NCBI GenBank assembly: GCA_016932045.1
Contig: JAFGDO010000012.1
Location: 4,195-68,194, forward strand
Direction of reading: 5' to 3'
DNA length: 64,000 bases
DNA from: Candidatus Dojkabacteria bacterium
Lineage (GTDB): Bacteria > Patescibacteriota > Dojkabacteria > JAHIVN01
A program made the translations under genes and the position numbers. The notes under the pieces were generated by a model. It worked only from the letters and a program-made list of their open reading frames with translations. It was not told the origin of the DNA and did no database searches. Positions 48,455 through 56,498 of the stretch are shown one piece after another; the stretch's first letter is position 1; every line of letters starts with the position of its first letter.

Positions 48455-50368
48455 TCATTCTAAAGTCACAATATAGTAATAATGAGGTTGGCCACCATCA
48501 TGAACTTGTACCTCAATGTGAAGTTTTTCCCATAGGTTTCGTCTGAGCTGAAAAGCTTCTTCTTTTGAAACATCTTCTCCAAAGTAAAGAGAAATCAGCT
48601 GTGATGAGTTTTTAATTTTTTCTATAGCGTTAATTATAATTTTATTTAAATCTTTGCCTCTCGATAGTAATCTGTTTTCAGAGATAGCGATAATTTCACC
48701 TTTATCAATATTTTGACCTGAAATGGATGTTTTCCTTGTTGATTTCGTTACTGAAAAAGTCTTAATCAGTTTTAATGAATTTGATATCATATCTGTATTT
48801 TGAGTAATGGTACTTAGTGGATTAAAGTTAAGTAGCGCGCTTAGTCCTTGGGCTTGATCTATGGTAGGTAGTACAGTGACATTCTTTTCGCTCTTGTCAG
48901 CGGCATTTTTTGCTGCCAGAAAAACATTTTTGTTATTGGGGAGAATTATAATATTTGAACTGTTCATGGCGGCCAATTTTTTTTCTAAATCCGCAACCGA
49001 CGGATTCATAGTTTTTCCGCCGTTTAGTGAGGTAATTCCTTCAAAGCTTGTATAAATTCGACTGAAGCCATCGCCATTTATAATAGCTAAAACCTTCGTG
49101 TCTTTTTCTTCACCCTTTGTTTCAAGCTTTTTTCCTATAAATTCCTTATGTTGCTTATGAAGATCATCAAATTTGACGGTTTTTACCTTACCAAGACTAT
49201 GAATAGCTTCCTCTGCTTCATTTTTATTCTTTGCGTGAAAGTGTATTTTTGTTATGCTTCCCTTTTGGGCTACGATGACCGAGGAGCCTACTTTTGAAAT
49301 CATTGCTTTGATATCCTTAATAGGTACTTTAACATTAGAAAGGATAGCTTCAGCGCAATATTTTTCCTCAGGAGTTTTCTGCCAGGCGTTAAGAAGCTTT
49401 AGAATTGAGAAATTTGTTTCTTTTATATTTTGCCATTTAAGCTGTTCGTATAGGTTTTTGACCAAACGAAATGCTTTTTTGAATGCTATTAGATTCCATC
49501 CCATCTTCATAACGCCCCAGGCTTTTTTGAAAAGCCACCAAGTATTCCCAAAAGTGAATTTTATGGCTTTTAAATTAAAATCAAGAATTGACCTCAATCC
49601 TCCCATTCCAAAGACACCAGAGGTTTCCTCCCAAATTCTTGCCAGTGGAGGGGATGAGTAGTCGTCAGTACCAGTTATGCCCTCAATGTTATTTTCAGTT
49701 AGTGCTCTATAAAAACCCTCTAAGAAATATATAAATCCAGCTCCGCCTGCATCAACTACTCCTGCTTCCTTAAGTTTAGGTAACATATCTGGAGTTTGCT
49801 TAAGTGTAATTTGAGATCTATTTATGACAGATTTTAAAATTCTTGTAAGATCAGCATATTCTTTCTTTGTATCAAATTCTTCTGTTGCGGATTTCATAAC
49901 CGTGAGAATTGTTCCCTCAACTGGTTCTGATACGCTCGCATAGGCTTCTTTTGTGCCGTTTCGGAATGATTGAAGTAGGGTTTCTTTGTCAATAATCTTT
50001 TTATCTTTTATAGTATCGCAGAATCCTCCAAGAAATTGTGAAAGTATAACTCCGCTGTTGCCTCTACCGCCCATTAGGCTCGATTCAGCTATAATTTCTG
50101 ATAATTCCTTTAGTGAATAGTCCTTTTTAGAATCAAGATTCTTAACTATCTCTTTTAGTGTAAGAGACATGTTTGTTCCGGTGTCGCCGTCTGGGACAGG
50201 GTAAACGTTGAGGTTATTGAGAAGCTCTTTTTTTGCGTTTACTGCCTTTTCTGCAGACTTAAATATTTCAACAAGCTGTGTTGTATCTATTGAAGTGATC
50301 ATCGTCCAATGGGCTATTATAGCAGAAAACTTAGTTCTGAAAAATAGAAAAAAATAAGCAAGCAGCAA
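48455..50368 (-). CDS. fakA: DAK2-domain fusion protein (YloV/FakA-like fatty acid kinase subunit); probable start at internal Met (about 50302)
   Basis: Dak2 motif PVPDGDTGTNM; YloV-like C-terminal domain; the given N-terminal 22 aa are probably an ORF extension. Confidence 0.7.
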   Translation of the reverse strand: MLLAYFFLFFRTKFSAIIAHWTMITSIDTTQLVEIFKSAEKAVNAKKELLNNLNVYPVPDGDTGTNMSLTLKEIVKNLDSKKDYSLKELSEIIAESSLMGGRGNSGVILSQFLGGFCDTIKDKKIIDKETLLQSFRNGTKEAYASVSEPVEGTILTVMKSATEEFDTKKEYADLTRILKSVINRSQITLKQTPDMLPKLKEAGVVDAGGAGFIYFLEGFYRALTENNIEGITGTDDYSSPPLARIWEETSGVFGMGGLRSILDFNLKAIKFTFGNTWWLFKKAWGVMKMGWNLIAFKKAFRLVKNLYEQLKWQNIKETNFSILKLLNAWQKTPEEKYCAEAILSNVKVPIKDIKAMISKVGSSVIVAQKGSITKIHFHAKNKNEAEEAIHSLGKVKTVKFDDLHKQHKEFIGKKLETKGEEKDTKVLAIINGDGFSRIYTSFEGITSLNGGKTMNPSVADLEKKLAAMNSSNIIILPNNKNVFLAAKNAADKSEKNVTVLPTIDQAQGLSALLNFNPLSTITQNTDMISNSLKLIKTFSVTKSTRKTSISGQNIDKGEIIAISENRLLSRGKDLNKIIINAIEKIKNSSQLISLYFGEDVSKEEAFQLRRNLWEKLHIEVQVHDGGQPHYYYIVTLE

Positions 50369-50431
50369 ACAGAAAGATAAGTAAATAGTTAAATAGCTAG
50401 ATAGTTAATTAGTGATAAGGATAGTAGAGGC

Positions 50432-51184
50432 TTAAGAAAAGCAATTAGTTTTTCTCAATTCTTTCATCATTCCGCTGCTATATTGGAGTGCTTTTTTGGG
50501 AGCCTTTACAATGCTTTGGTGTAAACCTAAAGCTTCTGCTACCTTTCTAAGGATGTATTTCCTTATTCCATTCCTAATGAAGAGATCATCAGGAATGTCT
50601 AAAACAAATTCTGCAAGCTCATCATTTGCAAAAGGAAGAATTAGGTTTTTACTGAAGTACTTTGCCATTTTATATTCTCTTTTTTTCAGCATTAATAAGA
50701 ATTCCTTATAACAACTTTTTATTTTAATCTTTACCCCTTTAACTCCCAGATACTTGTAAAACCCTCCAAATAACGTATCTGCTCCGTGTCCGGTAATTAT
50801 ATATTCCTCAGGAATATTTTTTACAAGAATAAAAAAAGGTAAGGAATAGGAAATAGATACCTTATCTTTGTCTCCTGTAAGGAGCATATATTCCTTTAAA
50901 TCCTTTGCTATTTTACTTTGCTGTAATTGTATATGTGTAAGCCTACGTTTAAGTGAAAGATGAGTTGCTGAAGTTGTACTTTGCTTAAAGTCATAACAAC
51001 CGGGAAAACCAATTGTGTACAGTTTAATTTTACAATTAGTATAATTTTTAACTATAAAGGCTACTAAACTGCTGTCGAGACTTCCTGAAAAAGGAATTGC
51101 TACTTCAGGAACATTATTTAATTCTTTCTGAATTATTGAAGTTAAAATGTTTTTTACATCTTGTATGGTTTTATTTTCATTCAT
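50432..51184 (-). CDS. PP-loop ATP pyrophosphatase superfamily protein (asparagine-synthetase C-domain / QueC-like), unassigned
   Basis: SGSLDSS PP-loop near the N-terminus; no C-terminal Cys cluster, so not clearly QueC. Confidence 0.5.
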   Translation of the reverse strand: MNENKTIQDVKNILTSIIQKELNNVPEVAIPFSGSLDSSLVAFIVKNYTNCKIKLYTIGFPGCYDFKQSTTSATHLSLKRRLTHIQLQQSKIAKDLKEYMLLTGDKDKVSISYSLPFFILVKNIPEEYIITGHGADTLFGGFYKYLGVKGVKIKIKSCYKEFLLMLKKREYKMAKYFSKNLILPFANDELAEFVLDIPDDLFIRNGIRKYILRKVAEALGLHQSIVKAPKKALQYSSGMMKELRKTNCFS

Positions 51185-51295
51185 ATTTTGAACAACTGGA
51201 CTGTTAGATAGCTAGATAGTCAAAAGATCTAGTTCATCGGATCAAATTCTTTACTTAGTGTATAATTATACTATCTAATATATTACAAATGTAAG

Positions 51296-51895
51296 ATGAA
51301 TTATAAAAATATAGCAGAGTTTCTTTTTGAGGTAGGGCAGGCAAGAAATGTTCAGAATGTTGGTTGGCAGCTAATTAACGCCGAAAATATTCCTTCAATT
51401 GCAGAACATTCTTACCGGAATGCAATTATTGCCTTACTTCTAGCTGAAATGGAAGGTGTAGAAAACATTGAAAAAGTAGCTTTAAATGGACTTTTACATA
51501 AATTGCATAAAGTACGACTTGGTGACCGTCATAAGGTTTCTGCGAATTATCTTGACTATCCACCGGAAGTAAAATCTTCAATAAGAGGAGATCAACTTTC
51601 ATTGCTAGGAGATGACTTAAAGAAAAGAATAGAAAATATTTTAGAATTAAATGATGAATTAAAAGAAATAGTAAAGGATGCAGATCAATTAGAGTTAGCA
51701 TTAGAAGCAAAGGAGTATATAGATAAAGGGTATAAAAAAGCGCAGGTTTGGCTTGATAGAATTGATCAGGTATTACAGACAAATTCAGCTAAAAAACTCT
51801 TTGACGAGATAATACAAACTCACTCATGTAATTGGTGGCTAAACCTCAAAAAAAAGCCTCAAACTAAAAGAAACGACTATATAAGTAGAGTTTAG
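51296..51895 (+). CDS. HD-domain-like phosphohydrolase (YfbR 5'-deoxynucleotidase-like) with non-canonical HK in place of HD
   Basis: SIAEHSYRNAIIALLLA matches the HD-family first His region; LLHKLHKVRLGD sits where LLHD..E..GD is expected. Confidence 0.45.
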   Translation: MNYKNIAEFLFEVGQARNVQNVGWQLINAENIPSIAEHSYRNAIIALLLAEMEGVENIEKVALNGLLHKLHKVRLGDRHKVSANYLDYPPEVKSSIRGDQLSLLGDDLKKRIENILELNDELKEIVKDADQLELALEAKEYIDKGYKKAQVWLDRIDQVLQTNSAKKLFDEIIQTHSCNWWLNLKKKPQTKRNDYISRV

Positions 51896-52153
51896 GATGG
51901 GTTAGCTATCTCACCCCTATAATTACATTCATCAATCTAGTTGATACTCCGAATATATTTTACAGTTACGAGAAGTTTCCTGTCATAGTGGTTCTATCGA
52001 GGAACTTCCTGAAAAGAGTAGTACCAACATACGCTTACAATATAAGTTATGCTATACTTGGGTCCCATAGTAAATTCGCGGAAAAATTTTTACAAAATAA
52101 GCTTATAGTTATCAACAAAAAACTAAAACACAAATCTTGATATAATTATCATT

Positions 52154-53782
52154 ATGAACAACATAGAAAAGATAATTGTTGAATTATCAAAACTTAAAAG
52201 AATGTCATATAAAAAATTTAGAAAGATTCTTTCGAAGTATCCTTGTGAAGGTACAAGGATTTATTCAAAGAGTGAGATCTTAGGTGGTTATAATGAATTA
52301 ATTAGACAAGGGAAAATAAAAAGAAATATTGGAATAGAAGGTTTTCTGCAAACTAAGCCAACACGAACAATTTCAGGTGTTGCTCCAGTAACGGTATTAA
52401 CTAAACCGTATAAATGTCCTAGAAAATGTATATTTTGTCCGACTCGCGAGGATCAGCCCAAAAGTTACTTATCTTCTGAGCCTGGTGCTATGAGAGCTAA
52501 AATGCTGGAATTTGATCCCTATCGACAGGTAAGTATACGAATTAAAGCACTTGAAAATATTGGCCACAACACAGATAAAGTCGAGCTAATAATTCTTGGA
52601 GGAACGTGGTCGTCATATCCCGAGAAGTATCAAGTTTGGTTTGTAAAGGAGTGTTTCAGAGCGATGAATGAACAAGATAATAAAAGTCATACTAATGATC
52701 AAATTGATCAGCTAAATGATTTAGGTCTACAAGTATTGAGAAAGGAATTATTAATTGAACAAAAAAGAAACGAAACAGCAAAGCATCGCTGTGTCGGCCT
52801 TGTCATAGAAACACGTCCGGACTGTGTTGATGATGAAGAAGTAAAATTCTTAAGATTTCTTGGAGTTACAAAAGTACAGATAGGAGTACAGACTCTTGAT
52901 GATAAAATTCTTAAGTTAAACCAAAGAGGCCACACAGTTAAGGATATTAAGAAGGCTATCACACTGTTACGTCTTGCCGGTTTTAAGCTACATTTACACT
53001 GGATGCTTAATTTGTATGGATCAAATTCTCAAAAGGATTACAGGGATTTTAAAAGACTGTTTGATGATCCCGGCATAAGACCAGATGAACTTAAGATATA
53101 CCCATGTGTGCTTATCAAGGGGACAGAACTTTATGAGTTATATAAGAAAGGTAAATATAAGCCGTATACGAAGGATGAATTACTTGACCTTCTAGTAAAG
53201 TGTAAACAATATATACCAAGATATACAAGAATTAGTCGTTTATTTAGAGATATTCCTTCATTTGAGATTATTGGAAGTGTGAAGGAGACAAATTTTAGAG
53301 AAATTGTACTGAACGAAATGAAGAATAGGGGACTTAGATGTAACTGTATAAGATGCCGTGAAGTTAGAGAATTAAAAATTAAAAATAAAAAATTAAAAAT
53401 TGAGAAGATTCATTACAGAACCAATGTTTCTGATGAATTCTTCATAAGCTTCATAAGTCCGGATGACAAGATTGTAGGTTTTTTAAGACTATCATTACCC
53501 TATAGAAAGTATGCAGAAGCAAATTCTATTCAGGAGATTCAAAACAGCGCAATGATTAGAGAAGTTCATGTTTATGGAGCAAGTCAAAAGTTAAATATAT
53601 CAAGTAAAAAAGCATCGCAACATAAGGGAATTGGGGTGAAGTTAATTAAAAAGGCTGAAGAAATAGCTAAAAGCAGGGGTTTCAATAAAATATCAGTTAT
53701 TTCTGCCGTTGGTACAAGAGAATATTACAAAAGAAGAGGCTACAGGATGGGAGAACTGTATATGTCAAAAGATTTAAAATAA
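52154..53782 (+). CDS. elp3: Elp3-family radical SAM / GNAT acetyltransferase (tRNA wobble uridine modification enzyme homologue)
   Basis: Radical SAM CPRKCIFCP in the Elp3 context (SSEPGAMRA); C-terminal GNAT QHKGIGVKLIKKAEEIAKSRGFNKISVISAVGTREYYKRRGY closely matches the Elp3 HAT domain. Confidence 0.8.
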   Translation: MNNIEKIIVELSKLKRMSYKKFRKILSKYPCEGTRIYSKSEILGGYNELIRQGKIKRNIGIEGFLQTKPTRTISGVAPVTVLTKPYKCPRKCIFCPTREDQPKSYLSSEPGAMRAKMLEFDPYRQVSIRIKALENIGHNTDKVELIILGGTWSSYPEKYQVWFVKECFRAMNEQDNKSHTNDQIDQLNDLGLQVLRKELLIEQKRNETAKHRCVGLVIETRPDCVDDEEVKFLRFLGVTKVQIGVQTLDDKILKLNQRGHTVKDIKKAITLLRLAGFKLHLHWMLNLYGSNSQKDYRDFKRLFDDPGIRPDELKIYPCVLIKGTELYELYKKGKYKPYTKDELLDLLVKCKQYIPRYTRISRLFRDIPSFEIIGSVKETNFREIVLNEMKNRGLRCNCIRCREVRELKIKNKKLKIEKIHYRTNVSDEFFISFISPDDKIVGFLRLSLPYRKYAEANSIQEIQNSAMIREVHVYGASQKLNISSKKASQHKGIGVKLIKKAEEIAKSRGFNKISVISAVGTREYYKRRGYRMGELYMSKDLK

Positions 53783-53797
53783 GGAGAGATTGTTTTC

Positions 53798-54862
53798 TCA
53801 TTTTACCTTTTGTTCTTTATTCATCCTTCTTACTTTCAAGATGATAAAGAAGCTCGTACCAAGGGAGATGCCGGCTGCAAAGGCTATCACTAGCCACCGT
53901 GGAATTTCGAGAGTTTTTGGTTTTTCTCCTGTAAAAGGCAATGTTATTTCAATAACAGTTCTAGGTGGTGTTATCTCAAAAGTCAGAGTATCTATTACTT
54001 CGGTTTTACCATCGCTCGTAACTTCAATATTTAATTTATATTCACCCTTATCAAGTCCTTCCGTATTAATAGTGATTGACCAAGTGCCGTTTTCATCAGC
54101 TTGAGTCTCATAAACCTGCGTTGTTCCTTCTATGACTATTCGCACTAGAGCAAAGGGTGTAGTACTTCCATAGACAGTAAAGGAATCAGAGTGTTCGATC
54201 TCAGGAACATTGTCATACCTGTATCTTACTCCAAGATATTCAATATAATCGACGAGAAGTTTATCTTCTCCATTTTCTTTGCTTTCCTCTTCAGTTTCTT
54301 GCTTCGGTGGAGGAGGTTGTACTGGTTGTGTTGGCGGTATTATTTGCTGTGTTGTGATAAAGCAGGATGATTTATTAAAAGTACAATTGCTGTAGCATGA
54401 TAATGTACCTCCAGTATATCCAAAAGTAGAGCAGCTATAGCCACCTAAGTCATTCTTGTCGCACTCTTCCTCGTCTTGACGTACACCGTTTCCACATGCA
54501 GGTTGTGCTGTTGTGCATTCTGAAGTGTTAAATGTACAATTACCATTACAACTTAATGTGCCAGTGTCGTAGCCTAGTGTAACACATGAATGACCCCCAA
54601 GATTGGTACCGTCACACTCCTCATATTCTTCAATAGCTCCATTGCCGCATGTTGTCACTGTTACATATGTATCTATCGCGCCCAGTATAGATGATTGTCT
54701 CCTCGGCTTTACTAAAGTATACGAACCTATAAATCCTGCATTTACCTTATGAGTGAAGATAAAGATTATTGATATACAGGTGATAATGACAGCAAATATT
54801 AAAGACGTTACATAAATAGCCTCATCTATTTTTTTTAGAAAGTCATTTAGTTTTTTTATCAC
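53798..54862 (-). CDS. cell-surface protein with two Myxococcus-type Cys-rich repeats (CGNGxxEEYEECD...) and C-terminal LPXTG sortase sorting signal
   Basis: Signal anchor; two CGNG...EECD...C...C repeats of about 45 aa; Pro-rich linker; C-terminal LPFTGE, a 20-aa hydrophobic stretch, then KVRRMNKEQKVK. Confidence 0.65.
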   Translation of the reverse strand: MIKKLNDFLKKIDEAIYVTSLIFAVIITCISIIFIFTHKVNAGFIGSYTLVKPRRQSSILGAIDTYVTVTTCGNGAIEEYEECDGTNLGGHSCVTLGYDTGTLSCNGNCTFNTSECTTAQPACGNGVRQDEEECDKNDLGGYSCSTFGYTGGTLSCYSNCTFNKSSCFITTQQIIPPTQPVQPPPPKQETEEESKENGEDKLLVDYIEYLGVRYRYDNVPEIEHSDSFTVYGSTTPFALVRIVIEGTTQVYETQADENGTWSITINTEGLDKGEYKLNIEVTSDGKTEVIDTLTFEITPPRTVIEITLPFTGEKPKTLEIPRWLVIAFAAGISLGTSFFIILKVRRMNKEQKVK

Positions 54863-55078
54863 ATTTTTGTGGAATGTAGATATAAATCATTATACACATA
54901 GGCAAAACGTTTGCAAAGATGGAGTTTGTTCGATATTTATAACTTGTACTTATTAATTTAAGAACACAGTATCTTTTTAAGAATCCAAAAGCTACATAGC
55001 TGAAAGCAGTAAGCTGTATTCTTCATTTTTAATTCCTAATTGATAATTGAAGATTGTGCTTCGGTAAGTTCGACTCGA

Positions 55079-55190
55079 CTGCCTCGGTCCCGAGGTCCCC
55101 CCTGGCCATACGTCCTGGACAGGCAGGCGGAAGGAAACTCGTCGCAGTCCGGATAGGAAGATTGAGAACCACAGACTCCAGGATGGCTTG
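55079..55190 (+). ncRNA. candidate structured small RNA (GC-rich island; weak resemblance to SRP-RNA domain IV GGAA-tetraloop region), class unassigned
   Basis: About 60% GC segment within roughly 35% GC intergenic DNA; hairpin CCTCG-GTCC-CGAGG; GGCGGAAGGAAAC...GCAGUCC; a long-range 7-bp pairing TCCTGGA (55113-19) with TCCAGGA (55177-83). Confidence 0.25.
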
Positions 55191-55255
55191 ATGTCTTTTA
55201 CCTTTGGCCTTGTAGTCTGATATAATTTCTATAGCATAAATTATTAATAATTATC

Positions 55256-56119
55256 ATGAAAAAGAATTATACTGTCGCTCTTATAACATGTTCAGTAGTA
55301 ATCTTTCTTGTCGTAGCCCTAGTTGGAGCCGGTTTTGCTACGTACTGGTTTGTTTTTAGAATACCAAGTCCTGCCAAAGCCTTTAAACAAGCTTCAGAGG
55401 AAGTGAAAGATATGGAAACAGTCAGCTTTGATATAAATATGGAAGCTACCTACGAACTTGCATTTGATGATGAGCTTGCTATTTACAATCAGGAGATTAG
55501 AAGTGAATTTGAAGGAGAGGGAGTAGTTGACTCAAAAAACGAAAGAATGAGAATGGAATTGACTGTCAAGATGTCCGGTATGAGCATGAAAATGATTGAA
55601 GTCCTAGATGGGGATACATTGTATATTAAGACAGGTAGCGATGATTTTGTTAAGATTGATATTAACGAACTTGACTCAAGTGAATATTCTGATTCAGCTA
55701 TGACTCGAGAGGATTTGACAAAACAGCAGGTTTGGTCTGACCTTCCATCAGAAGTAAATTATGAATATATAGAAGAGGATAAAATAGATGACGTTAAAAT
55801 GTATCATTATAGAGTTGATATTTCAGAGGAGAATCTAGAAGACTTTCTTGGTACATTTACAGAGTCCTTTGTTGATAGTTTTAATGCTTCAGCTGGAGGT
55901 GTTTTGGAGATTTCTGACGACGATATAGCTATAGAGGGAGTAAGCCTTGAGGTTTGGGTAAATCAGAAGGATGCCTCACCCTCAAAAGAGATGGTAGAAA
56001 TTGAAAGAATCACAATTAACCTTGGAGAATATGGTAAGATGTATATAAAGGATGTCTTTATGGAGTTTGTGTACAAGGAAGTGAATGGTGCAGTAGAAAT
56101 AGAAATTCCCGAAGTGTAA
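55256..56119 (+). CDS. membrane-anchored protein, paralogous family member 3
   Basis: N-terminal TM; homologous blocks shared with 41568..42446 and with the C-terminal domain of 25768..27444. Confidence 0.6.
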   Translation: MKKNYTVALITCSVVIFLVVALVGAGFATYWFVFRIPSPAKAFKQASEEVKDMETVSFDINMEATYELAFDDELAIYNQEIRSEFEGEGVVDSKNERMRMELTVKMSGMSMKMIEVLDGDTLYIKTGSDDFVKIDINELDSSEYSDSAMTREDLTKQQVWSDLPSEVNYEYIEEDKIDDVKMYHYRVDISEENLEDFLGTFTESFVDSFNASAGGVLEISDDDIAIEGVSLEVWVNQKDASPSKEMVEIERITINLGEYGKMYIKDVFMEFVYKEVNGAVEIEIPEV

Positions 56120-56137
56120 TATTTTAAGCCTACAATA

Positions 56138-56338
56138 GTGGAAAGACCTGGATTTAAGGAATTTAAAAGATCCCGAGAGATAAAATTTAGAAATTTTATG
56201 ATTGCAGTTGTTGGAGTATTAATTGTTAGTTGTGTTTGCTGCGAATGCTCTTCCCGCTTATTTCAAGAACAAAGACCTGCGGAACAAAGTGAAGCTTTAG
56301 TATTTGTCGTTTCAGAATATGTTTCTCTAGACCCTTAG
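56138..56338 (+). CDS. small hypothetical membrane protein (66 aa), weak
   Basis: One hydrophobic helix with a CVCCEC cluster; no other support. Confidence 0.2.
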   Translation: MERPGFKEFKRSREIKFRNFMIAVVGVLIVSCVCCECSSRLFQEQRPAEQSEALVFVVSEYVSLDP

Positions 56339-56498
56339 TAGACTTTTTATCTTTATTTTTTGCATACTCGACACGTAGCTGGGTGGTTGGATAACCAGCT
56401 GAAAGTAAATAGATTGAAGTTGAGGATTGTAGAATGTTATTTTGCTGGATGATTGGACAGCCAGATGGTTAGGATTCAGTAATAGACCTTTCCCTCTA

